64,000 nucleotides of DNA from an uncultured Gemmatimonadales bacterium (GCA_963716255.1 OY970303.1:7904001-7968000); one strand, 5' to 3'; shown: positions 9,580 through 19,474, counted from the stretch's first letter. The notes: generated from the letters alone by a model not told the origin. Translations and numbers: made by a program.

Positions 9580-10050
9580 CCCACCCGGCTCGCTCGAGGC
9601 TCGCCACCCGGGTCCTTCATCCGGTTCACGCGAAGCGTGAAGCGTGAAGCGCCATTCTGGGAGAGGGGGCCAACAGCGGTGCGCTTCGGCGGGCTCCGGT
9701 GTTCGGGGTCGGCCGGGGGAGGCTCCTCCGGCGGTGCGATACCCGAAGGGACTCCCCAGAGCACTCGCCCGCCGCCCGAGCGAGGGGCGAGATCACGCTG
9801 GCTTCGAACAAACGCACCGCCTTCGGACCAACCCCGTCCTCCCGGCGCAGATCCCAGGAACTGCAACGGCCCTGTCGTTGTCGTGCTCCCCCTCCCCCAG
9901 AATTGGGGGAGGGGGCCTCCCGCGTGAGGGATTTCGGCCCGAAGGGGCGAGACCGCGCGGCTGTTTGCGCGGGCTCGACTCCGTTGCAGACGGTAGTTTC
10001 GTCTGCTACGGAGCCGAAGCCCGACCCCGGCGCCAGCCGGGGACACGCCC
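9580..10050 (-). repeat. Composite repeat: REP-like palindromes + module B (about 9690-9870) + core A copy 3 (9921-10050)
   Basis: Largely an inverted counterpart of 13208-13683; core stem GCAGACG/CGTCTGC. Confidence 0.93.
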
Positions 10051-10098
10051 GAACCCGCCGTAGCCGTAGCCGTAGCCGTAGTTGTTGCCTTAGCCGTA

Positions 10099-12810
10099 TC
10101 AGTCCGCTCCGCGCAAAGCCACCAGCGGGTCCACGCGCGTGGCACGGCGAGCCGGCACGTACGCCGCGACCCCGGCCGCCATGACCAGACCCAGCGGCAC
10201 CACGACGAACGTGGCCGCGTCCGTGGCCGTCACCCCGTACAGCAGGTGCGCCAGCAGCCGCGTGAGCCCGAGCGCCGCCGCCACCCCCACGGCCACCCCG
10301 GCGAGCGTCATCGCCATCCCCTGGCCCACCACCAGGCGGCGGATGGCCGCGGGGCGCGCCCCCAGCGCCATGCGCACCCCCATCTCGTAGGTGCGCTGCG
10401 CCACCAGGTAGGCCAGCGTCCCGTAGATCCCCACCACGGCCAGCACCAGCGCCACCGCCGCGAACGCGCCCAGCAGCAGCGCCAGGAAGCGCGGCCGGGC
10501 CACCGACTCGCCGCGCACCTCGTCCAGCGTGCGCACGTCCGCCAGGGGGAGCTCCGGGTCCTGGGCGCGGATCGCCTCGCTCACCGGCCCGGCCAGGCGC
10601 GCCGGATCGCCCTGCGTGTGCACGGCCAGCGCGAGGGAGCGCGCCGCGCCGCCCCCGTTCCAGAAGCGGAACTGCGCGTGCGGCACGTACATCTCGGCGC
10701 GCGGCGGCTCGCCCAGCGCCGCGTGCCTCACGTCGCGCACCACGCCCACCACGGTCACCACCCCCGGCCCGGCCCCGCCGCCCAGCGTGAAGCGCGCCCC
10801 CAGCGGGCTGCGCCCCGGCCAGTACCGCCGCGCCAGCGACTCGTTGACCACCACCACCCCCGGCGCCCGCTCGTCGTCGCGGGCCTCGATCCCCCGCCCG
10901 GCGAGCACCTGCATCCCCAGCGCCCGCAGGTAGCCGGGCGTCACCGCCTGCCAGTCCGCGCGCGGGCTCACGGCGCCGTCGGGGACCGGCTGCCCCTCCA
11001 TCTCGAAGTTGAGGTCGCCCAGCGTGCTGGCCAGCGGCAGGTTGGTGACCGCGCCCGCGGCGTCCACCCCCGGCACCTCCCCCACGCGGCGCAGCATCTC
11101 GCGGAAGGCGCCCACCACCCGCGCGTCGTCCGCATAGCCGGACTGCGGCAGCGACACGCGCAGCGTCAGCACGCCCCCGGTGCGAAAGCCCGGGTCCACC
11201 CCGTACAGCGCCGCCAGGCTGCGCACCAGGAGCCCCGCCCCCAGCAGCAGCACCACCGCCAGCGCCACCTCGCCCGCCACCAGGGCGGAGCGGAAGCGGC
11301 GCCGGCCCACCCCGCCCGTCCCGGAGCGCCCGTTCTCCTTGAGCGACGCGTGCACCTGCCCGCCCGAAGCGTGCAGCGCCGGCGCCACCCCGAAGACAAG
11401 CAGGCTCAGCAGCGAAGCGCCCAGCGCGAAGCCCAGCACCGCCGGGTCCATGCGCACCGGTCCCGCGCTGGGCAGCTCCGCCATCTCCAGCAGCGGCACC
11501 GCCCGCACCGCCCAGGCGGCCAGCAGCACGCCGATCCCCCCGCCGAGCGCCGCCAGCAGCGCCGCCTCCGCCAGGAGCTGGCGCACCAGGCGCCCGCGCC
11601 CCGCCCCCAGCGCCGCCCGCACCGCCAGCTCCCGCCGCCGGCCGTCCACCCGCACCAGCAGCAGGTTGGCCACGTTGGCGCAGGCGATGAGGAGCACCAG
11701 CGCCACCGCGCCCAGGAGCGGCACCAGCACCGGGCGCGTGCGGCCCATCACCGCCTCGCGCAGCGGCACCGTCCCCGCCGCGAAGCGCATCTCCGCCGGG
11801 TAGTCGTCCGGGTAGTCGCGCGAGAACCCCGCCGCCACCGCGGCGATCTCCCGGTCCGCCGCCGCCGGCGCCACACCCGCCCGCAGCCGGGCCACCCCCT
11901 CCAGGAAGTGGCTGCCGCGCTGCGCCGCCAGCTCCGGCCCCAGCGCCAGCGGCAGGAACACCTCCGTGTCCTCGCCCTCCTCCATGTCCAGCGGCAGCCG
12001 GAAGCCCGCCGGCATCACCCCCACCACCACGCGCGGCGCGCCGTCCAGGAGAAGGCGCCGCCCCAGCACCTCCGGCGACGCGCCGAAGCGCCGCGTCCAC
12101 AGCCCGTGGCTCAGCACCACCACGCCGTCGCCGCCGGGCGCGTCCTCGCCCGCCGAAAAGGCCCGCCCCGCCGCGGGGGCCACGCCCAGCGCGGGGATCA
12201 CCCCCGCGGACAGGTAGCCCGCCCGCAGGCGCTCCGGCTCGCCGTCGCCGGTGAGGTTCGCCGAGGCCACCGCGTACGCGCCCACCGTCTCCAGCGAGCG
12301 CAGCCGGTCGCGGTAGTCGAAGAACTCCGCGGGCGACAGGTCCCCGGCCGGCTCGTCGTTCCAGCGGTTGGAAAGCCGCACCAGCCGCTCCGCGGCGGGG
12401 TAGGGGAGCCCCCGCAGCAGCGTCGCGTCCACGATGCTGAACACCGCCGTGTTCGCCCCGATCCCCAGTGCCAGCGTGAGGATCGCCGCGGCCGCGAAGC
12501 CGGGGCGCAGCCGCAGCTGCCGCGCCCCGAAGGCCAGGTCCTGCCCCAGCTCCGCCAGCCACTCCGAGCGCCGGCGGCCCCGCTCCCGCCCCTCCTCCGC
12601 GCGATAGAGCGACCGCCGCGCCTCGTCCACGTCGCCGAACTCGCTCCCCGCCCGGGCGCGCGCCTCCGCCTCCGGCATCCCCGCGCGCACCAGCGCCTCG
12701 GTGCGCATGTCCAGGTGGAAGCGCACCTCCTCGTCCACCTCCGCGCGGATCTGGTCGCGCGTCCTCCAGGGAAAGCGGAAGGCGCGCGGCAGCCGCCGGA
12801 AGCCGCTCAT
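10099..12810 (-). CDS. ABC transporter permease, ADOP (duplicated orphan permease, MacB/FtsX) family
   Basis: EVDEEVRFHLDMR N-terminus, LTLALGIGANTAVFS, LLIACANVANLLL, EMGVRMALGA, PARRATRVDPLVALR. Confidence 0.95.
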   Translation of the reverse strand: MSGFRRLPRAFRFPWRTRDQIRAEVDEEVRFHLDMRTEALVRAGMPEAEARARAGSEFGDVDEARRSLYRAEEGRERGRRRSEWLAELGQDLAFGARQLRLRPGFAAAAILTLALGIGANTAVFSIVDATLLRGLPYPAAERLVRLSNRWNDEPAGDLSPAEFFDYRDRLRSLETVGAYAVASANLTGDGEPERLRAGYLSAGVIPALGVAPAAGRAFSAGEDAPGGDGVVVLSHGLWTRRFGASPEVLGRRLLLDGAPRVVVGVMPAGFRLPLDMEEGEDTEVFLPLALGPELAAQRGSHFLEGVARLRAGVAPAAADREIAAVAAGFSRDYPDDYPAEMRFAAGTVPLREAVMGRTRPVLVPLLGAVALVLLIACANVANLLLVRVDGRRRELAVRAALGAGRGRLVRQLLAEAALLAALGGGIGVLLAAWAVRAVPLLEMAELPSAGPVRMDPAVLGFALGASLLSLLVFGVAPALHASGGQVHASLKENGRSGTGGVGRRRFRSALVAGEVALAVVLLLGAGLLVRSLAALYGVDPGFRTGGVLTLRVSLPQSGYADDARVVGAFREMLRRVGEVPGVDAAGAVTNLPLASTLGDLNFEMEGQPVPDGAVSPRADWQAVTPGYLRALGMQVLAGRGIEARDDERAPGVVVVNESLARRYWPGRSPLGARFTLGGGAGPGVVTVVGVVRDVRHAALGEPPRAEMYVPHAQFRFWNGGGAARSLALAVHTQGDPARLAGPVSEAIRAQDPELPLADVRTLDEVRGESVARPRFLALLLGAFAAVALVLAVVGIYGTLAYLVAQRTYEMGVRMALGARPAAIRRLVVGQGMAMTLAGVAVGVAAALGLTRLLAHLLYGVTATDAATFVVVPLGLVMAAGVAAYVPARRATRVDPLVALRGAD

Positions 12811-13154
12811 GCCGCCTCCCCCGGCGCCGCGTCGAGCACCTTGAAGATCGCCTCCGCGTAGCGCCGCCAGGTGGCCGTCTCCTGCCGCAGCCGGGCGCGT
12901 CCGTCGCCGGTGAGCGTGTAGTAGCGGGCGCGGCGGTTGTTCTCCGTCATCGCCCACTCGGCCTCCACCCACCCCTTCTTTTCCAGCCGTCGCAGCGCCT
13001 GGTACAGGGCGGCGTCCTGCACCGCCAGCACGCCCTCCGTGCGGTCGCGGATCCACTGCGAGATCCCGTAGCCGTGCATGGGCTCCCAGGCGAGGGTGCG
13101 CAGGACGAGCACGGCGAGCGTGCCCTGCATCAGGTCCAGCGAGTCGTCGGCCAT
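12807..13154 (-). CDS. PadR-family transcriptional regulator (acidobacterial type)
   Basis: QGTLAVLVLRTL..PMHGYGI, ALYQALRRLE, WAMTENNRRARYY; 4-bp overlap with the permease gene. Confidence 0.95.
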   Translation of the reverse strand: MADDSLDLMQGTLAVLVLRTLAWEPMHGYGISQWIRDRTEGVLAVQDAALYQALRRLEKKGWVEAEWAMTENNRRARYYTLTGDGRARLRQETATWRRYAEAIFKVLDAAPGEAA

Positions 13155-13207
13155 GGTTTTTTCCGATTTCGTCTGAGGGGGTGGAACTGCTTTGAACTGC
13201 CGGGTTC

Positions 13208-13683
13208 GGGCGTGCCCCCGGCTGGCGCCGGGGTCGGGCTTCGGCTCCGTAAGCCCGCAAACAACGCGGGCTAACGGAGTCGAGCCCCGCGAAACTGCCC
13301 GCGGGTCTTGCCCCTTCGGGCCGAAATCCCTCACGCGGGTTTCGCGCTGGCGTCCGCGGGGGCCCCCTCCCCCCGGCCCCCTCCCCCAATTCTGGGGGGA
13401 GGGGGAGCACGACACGACGGGCCGTTGCAGTTCCTGGGATCTGCGCCGGGAGGTCGGGGGAGGGTCCGCAGGCGGTGCGTTTGTTCGAAGCCAGCGTGAT
13501 CCCGCCCTCACAGGGAGGGTGGGCGAGTGCTCTGGCGAGTCCCTTCGGGTATCGCACCGCCGGAGGAGCCTCCCCCGGCCGACCCCAAACACCGGACCCC
13601 GCCGAAGCACACCGCTGTTGGCCCCCTCTCCCAGAATTGGGAGAGGGTGGCGAGCCTCAAGCGAGCCGGGTGAGGGCCGCCGG
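13208..13683 (+). repeat. Composite repeat: core A copy 4 (13208-13337) + module B + REP-like palindromes
   Basis: Same modules as 9580-10050 in inverted orientation. Confidence 0.93.
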
Positions 13684-13697
13684 GTGAGATCTCACCT

Positions 13698-13762
13698 TTC
13701 CCCACAGCATGCTCCCCTTAGCATGTGTGGGTAAAATGCGCGCGGCGGGGCCGCGGTGTCAA
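13698..13762 (-). promoter_or_regulatory. Putative padR promoter with imperfect palindromic operator
   Basis: Minus-strand TTGACA (13757-13762), 18 bp, CATTTT; downstream inverted repeat cccacagcatgct...agcatgtgtggg. Confidence 0.5.
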
Positions 13763-13863
13763 GAACGTTCGTTCCCGGCACCGCCCCACGCGCGTCCCCG
13801 GTGCTCCGGCCTCCGCCCCACCCCTCCGCCCGGGGAGGCGCGGGACCCGTCAGGGCGGGGCGC

Positions 13864-14268
13864 TCACCAGGGGTCGAAGCAGTCGTAGTTGCGCTGGCGG
13901 CGGATCAGGCCGCCGCTGAACTCCAGGAACACGGCGAAGCGGGCGCGCATCTCGCCGCCCGCGGGGAGGGAGCCCAGCGGCACGGCGAGCGTCCCCGTCC
14001 ACTGCACCTCCAGCGCGGCGCGGTCGCCCTCCGCCACCGCGTGCAGCAGCTCGAAGCGCTGCGCCCGCAGCACCCGCTGCCCCTTGATGGCGCCCTCCAG
14101 GATCTCCGCCAGGCCGCGGCGCGCACCCTGCGGCACCAGGCGGTTGGGGAACTCCTCCTGCACCACGTCCGCCGTGAAGAAGGCGGCCAGCTCGTCGCCC
14201 GTCGCGCCGCGCTCGATGGCCTCCAGGTAGCTCCGGGCGAGCGCCAGGGGGTCGGGGCCGGACGCCAC
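13864..14268 (-). CDS. SnoaL-like / NTF2 family protein
   Basis: LARSYLEAIE..LAAFFTADVVQEEFPNRL, VAEGDRAALEVQWTG, IRRQRNYDCF; GTG start. Confidence 0.88.
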   Translation of the reverse strand: MASGPDPLALARSYLEAIERGATGDELAAFFTADVVQEEFPNRLVPQGARRGLAEILEGAIKGQRVLRAQRFELLHAVAEGDRAALEVQWTGTLAVPLGSLPAGGEMRARFAVFLEFSGGLIRRQRNYDCFDPW

Positions 14269-14270
14269 GG

Positions 14271-14759
14271 TCAGGTGCCCTGCGGCCGGGTCATGGCCTG
14301 CGGGATCAGCACCGCCATCACCTCGCCGCGCGCCGTCACGTCCCCGCCGGCGGAAAGCGTGACGTCCACCATGACGCGGCGGCCGCTCACGCTCTTCACC
14401 CTGCCGCGCACCTCCAGCTCCGGGCCCAGCGGCGTGGGGAGGAGGTAGTCCACGTGCAGCGAGCCGGTGACGAAGCGCGGCGCCTCGCGCTCCCCGATGC
14501 TCCGCCCGGCCGCGCGCTCCGTGGCCGCCGAGGCCGTCGCCATGGCGTGGCAGTCGATCAGCGAGGCGATCAGCCCGCCGTACACGTAGCCCGGCACCGC
14601 CACGTGCTCCGGCCGCGGCGTGAACCGCGTCACCGTCCCCTCGCCCTCCCACCGCGTCTTGATGCGCAGGCCGTGCTCGTTGAGCCGGCCGCAGCCGTGG
14701 CAGTGGGCGAAGTCCTCGGGGTAGTGGTCCTGCACGGCGGGGGATGCGCTCTCGCTCAC
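14271..14759 (-). CDS. PaaI-like hotdog-fold thioesterase
   Basis: CHGCG..NEHGL, PGYVYGGLIASLIDCH, VTGSLHVDYLLPTP. Confidence 0.9.
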   Translation of the reverse strand: MSESASPAVQDHYPEDFAHCHGCGRLNEHGLRIKTRWEGEGTVTRFTPRPEHVAVPGYVYGGLIASLIDCHAMATASAATERAAGRSIGEREAPRFVTGSLHVDYLLPTPLGPELEVRGRVKSVSGRRVMVDVTLSAGGDVTARGEVMAVLIPQAMTRPQGT

Positions 14760-14940
14760 GGTGGCCTCTCCGGTTCTGGCGGTTCATGCGGGCATACGAA
14801 AGGCGCCAGGAATCTCTTCCCGGCGCCCTGATGATAGCCGTTTTTCCGCTCCGCGACAGGTGGCGGCGGTGCCGTGCGGGAGCCGTGCGAACCACGGTCG
14901 CCGCCCGCCGGCAGGCCGCCGGAGGCAAGTGCGCCGTGCC

Positions 14941-15152
14941 TTTCTCCCGCTTGCGGGGGAGAGGGGGCCGGGGGGGTGAGGGGGCCCACCCCCGCGGACG
15001 CCAGCGCGATGCCCGCGTGAGGGATTTCGGCCCGTTTGAAGGGGCGCGAGTATCGCCGCGGGCAGTTTCGCGGGGCTCGACTCCGTTGAGCAGCGTTGTT
15101 TGCTGCTCTACGGAGCCGAAGCCCGACCCCGGCGCCAGCCGGGGACACGCCC
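14941..15152 (-). repeat. REP-like palindrome + core A copy 5 (15014-15152)
   Basis: ctcccgcttgcggggga; stem GAGCAGC/GCTGCTC. Confidence 0.92.
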
Positions 15153-15201
15153 GAGCCGTGCTTTTCAACCCGATACAACCGGATCCGGCGTCACGCGCCG
15201 C

Positions 15202-16495
15202 TCACGGGCAGGTGAAGCGCCCGGCGTACCCGCTCGCCGCCACGAACGCGTCGAAGTCGCCGATCTTCAGCATCTCCGCCACGGCCCGCCGCCGGTCCGC
15301 CGCGCGCTCGTGGTACGCCTTCGCGATCCGGTAGCCCACGTAGTAGCCCAGGTCGCCCGGGCGCTCCGCCGGGCTGGCGCCGTTGTACAGCCAGCCGCCC
15401 GTGTCGGTGCCGTGCATCCGGCCGCGGAACTCGCACCAGAGCGCCGACTCGTGCGCGTCGCCGTACGCGTGCGCCGCCGGGTTCACGTGGCGGCCCGAGA
15501 TCAGCTCCGCCACGAAGTCCGCCACGCCCTCGTTGAGCGACTGCCGCAGCAGCGACCTCCCCGGCGCGTAGTCCTGCTGGTAGTGCACCAGCTCGTGCGC
15601 CACGATGTGGGGAACCCGGTCCACGCCCCCGAACACCGCCCGCATCCAGGGCTCCATCTCCGCCTCCGGCGCCTCCGGCGTGCGCCCGTACACCTCCGTG
15701 CCGATGAGGAGGCCGCGGCCGCTGGTGGTCCCCCCGGTGGAAAGCGTGCCCACCAGGAAGTACACGTCCGGGTAGACGGCGTCCGGGTACAGCGCCTCCA
15801 TCCTGCGGAACGCCTCCCGGATCTGCGGCTCGTACGCGCCCGCCCGCAGCGTGCTCGCCCGCGCCGAGCGGTAGTAGCCCCCGTAGCGGTTCACCGACGC
15901 CGCCAGCGCCTCCGCCGTGCCTATGCGCAGCACCGTGAAGTCCTGCAGGCCCGCCGTCCCGCGGTCCAGGTACATCGACTTCAGCGCGGCCGCGCGGGTG
16001 TCCGGCGTCGACGCGTCGTAGGCGGCCCAGAAGCGCGCCACGTCGTCCGCGACGATGCGCGCCGAGTCCGGGTGCGGGTGCGACACGTCGAAGGGGGCCG
16101 CCGCCTCCGCCGCGAACGCCGCCGCCGCCGCGCTCCCCGGGCGGGCGAGGCGGAAGGGCATGGTGGACTGGCCCATGCGCGCCAGCCCCTCCACCGCGCC
16201 GACGCCGCGGGCCAGCAACCCGTCGAGGCGGGCCCCCCGCAGCTCCCCGGCGAAGCGCAGCCGCACGCTGTCGCCGTCCACGCGCACCGTGTCCACGGCC
16301 CGGTCCTCGAGTCGCCGGGCAGGCAGCGTGATCGACCCCGTCCACCCGCCGGCCGACCGCGCCAGCGTCAGGCGCACCACGGACGGGCGGGGCGTGCGGA
16401 TCACGCCCTCCCAGCTCCCCTCCGGGCCCGGGGGCGCGGACTGCGAAACGGCCGGCGAGGCGAGCGCGGAGCAGGAGCGCGGCGAGGCGGCGCAC
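15202..16495 (-). CDS. Secreted HExxH zinc protease (DUF2268-like); apparent +1 frameshift in the signal peptide near 16468
   Basis: VAHELVH, EGVADF, DLGYYVGYRI motifs; GGAG RBS + GTG at 16495 gives MRRLAALLL, which joins ALASPAVSQ only if one base is removed. Confidence 0.8.
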
Positions 16496-16614
16496 GGGCG
16501 GTCTCCGGCGTACGGGGGAGGGGTCCTGCGGACGGGACGTGCGGCACACGCTAAACGCCGCTCCGCCCCGGCGCAAGCGGGCCGCCGCCGCCCCTCCGCT
16601 CCGCTGCCGGCCGG

Positions 16615-17808
16615 TCAGGCGAGTGCCGCGGCCCCAGCCTGAAAGAGCTCCAGCAGCTCCCCGCACAGGCGCTCCAGCGGGCCGCTGCGCACCGGCTCCC
16701 CTCCACGGCGGTACTTGCGGTACCCGGTGGTTCCCTCGAGCTCGGAAAGCCGGTCCTGCCAGCGGCTGCGCTCCCGCGCCGGCACGGCCGCGGCCAGGAT
16801 CCGCAGCCCCTCGATCCGGAAGACCTCGTCGCCCGACGCGCAGCCGCCCTGGTACACGTCGCGCCCCAGCGTGGCCGCCTCCGCTTCGAGCCCCACCTCC
16901 TGGCACGCCTGTGCCAGCCGCAGCAGCACGTAGAGCGACTGCAGCTGGCCCTTCGCCTCGGGCGATACCTGCCCCACGGTCGCGGCCACCGGCAGCAGGG
17001 CCCCCACCGCGCGCTCCGGATCCCCAGCGCAGGCGAAGACCTCCCCCAGGCGCAGCCTGAACACCACGCGGTGCCACCCGCGAGCCTCCCGGAGCGCGTC
17101 GTCGAGCGTGCTGCGCGCCCGGTCGATATCGCCCGTCCGGCACGCGGCCACGGCCGTCGCCTCCTGCCTCCACATCCAGTGTCCTGAGTGCTCTTCCGCC
17201 GCGAACGCAGCCGCCTCCGCGAACCTTCCGTTCACCAGAAGCGCGCGCAGCGAATCGATGACGTACGTAGTCCGGAGACCGGTGGCGAACCGGACCGCCG
17301 GCTCCGGCGCGCCGGAGCCGCGGGCCAGGTGAAGGCGTGTGGTGCCCAGCAGGATCGTATCGTCGGCACGGGGCAGGACCAGGCAGGCGAACCGGTCGAG
17401 CGCGGCCTGCCAGGAGCCGCCGAGCGATTCCAGGCGGCCCAGGTTGACCCAGGGGGGAACACAGGCCAGCGGGACCTCCCGGTCGCGAGCCCGCCGGCCC
17501 AGTCGAGACAACCACCTGAGCTGGCCCTGGCAGAGCCTCCACGCGGTGGCTGGGTCGCCGCCGTGAAGAGCCATGAGCGCCGCGTTGTTGGCGATCGCCG
17601 AGACGCCGCCGCCGAGGTCTCTGGCCGTGCGCGTCTCCGCCCGGCACCTCTGCAGCGCGGCGGCCAGCCGGTCGGCCCACGCTCCCAGCGGCTCGCGCGC
17701 CAGCCTTTCCTGGGGGAGCAGCAGCGCGGTCGAGATCGTCCCCATGGGCGAGGCGCAGCCCCCGAGGCGGGCCACCGGGGCACCGGCAGGGACACGCATC
17801 GTCGTCAT
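16615..17808 (-). CDS. Hypothetical alpha-helical (TPR-like) protein in the RiPP locus
   Basis: 397 aa, GGAGG RBS, 46 bp downstream of the rSAM gene; helical repeats (NNAALMAL..G...AWRLC, WVNLGRLE). Confidence 0.75.
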   Translation of the reverse strand: MTTMRVPAGAPVARLGGCASPMGTISTALLLPQERLAREPLGAWADRLAAALQRCRAETRTARDLGGGVSAIANNAALMALHGGDPATAWRLCQGQLRWLSRLGRRARDREVPLACVPPWVNLGRLESLGGSWQAALDRFACLVLPRADDTILLGTTRLHLARGSGAPEPAVRFATGLRTTYVIDSLRALLVNGRFAEAAAFAAEEHSGHWMWRQEATAVAACRTGDIDRARSTLDDALREARGWHRVVFRLRLGEVFACAGDPERAVGALLPVAATVGQVSPEAKGQLQSLYVLLRLAQACQEVGLEAEAATLGRDVYQGGCASGDEVFRIEGLRILAAAVPARERSRWQDRLSELEGTTGYRKYRRGGEPVRSGPLERLCGELLELFQAGAAALA

Positions 17809-17854
17809 TCGTCCTCCGGTACCGGGGGAGCCCGCGGCCGCTGACCTCCTCGCC

Positions 17855-19300
17855 TCAGCTCGCCGCCCCGGCGAGGCTTTCCCGGCGCTTCGCGGCCGTT
17901 GCCAGCGTGAACCGCATCTCCTGCTTCAGCTCCGACTTCACGGAGCAGCACGTGCGTTTCCCCTCCGTGATCCGCGTGATGGGGCACGCCGCGCCCTGGC
18001 AGCCGGGCAGCACGTAGCAGCTCTGGCACATGGAGTCCGTCTCGAAGTGGGGTCCGACCCACTGGCTCATGCGCTGGGCGTCGAGCTGCACCGTGCCGTC
18101 GGGGTTCAGGTGCCCGACGACGTTGGTGTCCAGGTCGTAGAGCGCGACCGTGCACTTCATCAGCGCCCCGGAAGCGCCGACGATGAAGTTGTACGGCCGC
18201 GCCGCGTAGCAAACCTGGCTTCCCAGCGCCGCCACGTTGCCGATCCCGGCCTCCTGCGCGAGCTCCAGCTCCTCGGCCCTTCGGCTCAGCTCGCGCTGGA
18301 CCGTGCGCTTCTCCGTGATGCCGCACGTGTCGAGCTCGTTGTCGTTGGCTCCTCCCCATTTCCCCACCGCGCGGAAGCGGAGCTGGAAGCGCCGGTCGCC
18401 CGCGAAGTCCTCGCTGAGCGATTCCATGAAGGCGCCCAGGCGGGGGAAGTTCTTGTTGTCGAAGTTCACGCGGAGGTCGACCTGGAAGCGGTCCTCGCGA
18501 TCGCGCAGCGACCGGAGGTTGTCGAGGATGACGTCGTAGGTGGGGCTGCCGTCGCGCCCGATCCGCTTGCAGTTGTGCTCCTCGGGGAGACCGTCCACCG
18601 TGATCTGGAACTGCCGACACCCCCACTCCAGGAGCTTGGTGGCACGCTCCTCCGACAGAAGGTACCCGTTCGTGGTCATGTTCTGCGAAAGCCGGATCCC
18701 GTGCTCCTCCGCCACCGCCTTCGCGAACGGCGCCAGGTCCTCGATCGCCTCCCACCCGTACAGCGGCTCCCCTCCGAACCAGGAGAACCCCAGCTCCCGG
18801 AGATGCGGGGCCTGCTTGAGCACCAGCTCCCGTACGCCCTGGCGGACCTCCGGCAGCATCGTGCCGCGCTCGAACTTCTCGTAGCAGTAGACGCAGCGGA
18901 AGTTGCAGTCCTCGCTCGCCAGCAGGATGAACTGGAGCTTGTCGGTGCGCCATTGCTGCCGGGCGTAGCTGTAGCGGAAGAGCATCATCTCGTCCACGTC
19001 GTCCCGCACCAGATAGCCGCGCTTGCTCAGGTACGTGCCGACTTTGTCGAGAGGCTCGGAAATCCCCCCGACCGAGAGGTGTTCCAGCACGCGCTCACGG
19101 TCGCGGGGGAGAAAGGTGGTGATCGTCCCCGTGTACGTGTTCCAGAGCAGCAGCCTCCCGTCGTCCCCCACGGTCCGCGCGTTGTAGCGCGAAGGCACCC
19201 ATCGCTGCTTCGGTGCGTATTTCAGCTGCACCAGCGCGGGCGCGGAGACCGCGGCGCCACGTTCGTACGGGGAACTGAGCATGTCGATGGTCGGCTGCAT
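17855..19300 (-). CDS. Radical SAM/SPASM peptide maturase with RRE-like N-terminal domain
   Basis: CNFRCVYC (CxxxCxxC), WFGGEPL, MTTNGYLL, QITVDG; SPASM cysteines CYAA...KCTV...CQSC..LPGC.GAACP...CC; GGAG RBS. Confidence 0.95.
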   Translation of the reverse strand: MQPTIDMLSSPYERGAAVSAPALVQLKYAPKQRWVPSRYNARTVGDDGRLLLWNTYTGTITTFLPRDRERVLEHLSVGGISEPLDKVGTYLSKRGYLVRDDVDEMMLFRYSYARQQWRTDKLQFILLASEDCNFRCVYCYEKFERGTMLPEVRQGVRELVLKQAPHLRELGFSWFGGEPLYGWEAIEDLAPFAKAVAEEHGIRLSQNMTTNGYLLSEERATKLLEWGCRQFQITVDGLPEEHNCKRIGRDGSPTYDVILDNLRSLRDREDRFQVDLRVNFDNKNFPRLGAFMESLSEDFAGDRRFQLRFRAVGKWGGANDNELDTCGITEKRTVQRELSRRAEELELAQEAGIGNVAALGSQVCYAARPYNFIVGASGALMKCTVALYDLDTNVVGHLNPDGTVQLDAQRMSQWVGPHFETDSMCQSCYVLPGCQGAACPITRITEGKRTCCSVKSELKQEMRFTLATAAKRRESLAGAAS

Positions 19301-19474
19301 GACTTCACTCCGTTTCTCGTTGGGGCGGGAGAATGCTGAACCTGCGTGCGCGCGCTGCCGGGGCGGCCGGCCGGTGGAGTCTTCGACCCGGGGGTGACGT
19401 GGCATTGGGGAGTGTCCGGCCACGCTCGGACTTCAGGCGTGGCCGGGTCCGTCAGTCCACGCGTACCGACCCCG

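Noticed and set aside
13192..13734. Recurrent small ORFs containing RVRDFGPKGRD...TEPKPDPG or ACPRLAPGSGFGSV
   Set aside because: Translations of the intergenic repeat; they appear in several frames and on both strands with no consistent start or RBS.
13698..13735. DnaA-box-like 9-mers (ttccccaca, ttacccaca)
   Set aside because: Only two mismatched boxes with no origin context; better explained as a PadR operator palindrome.
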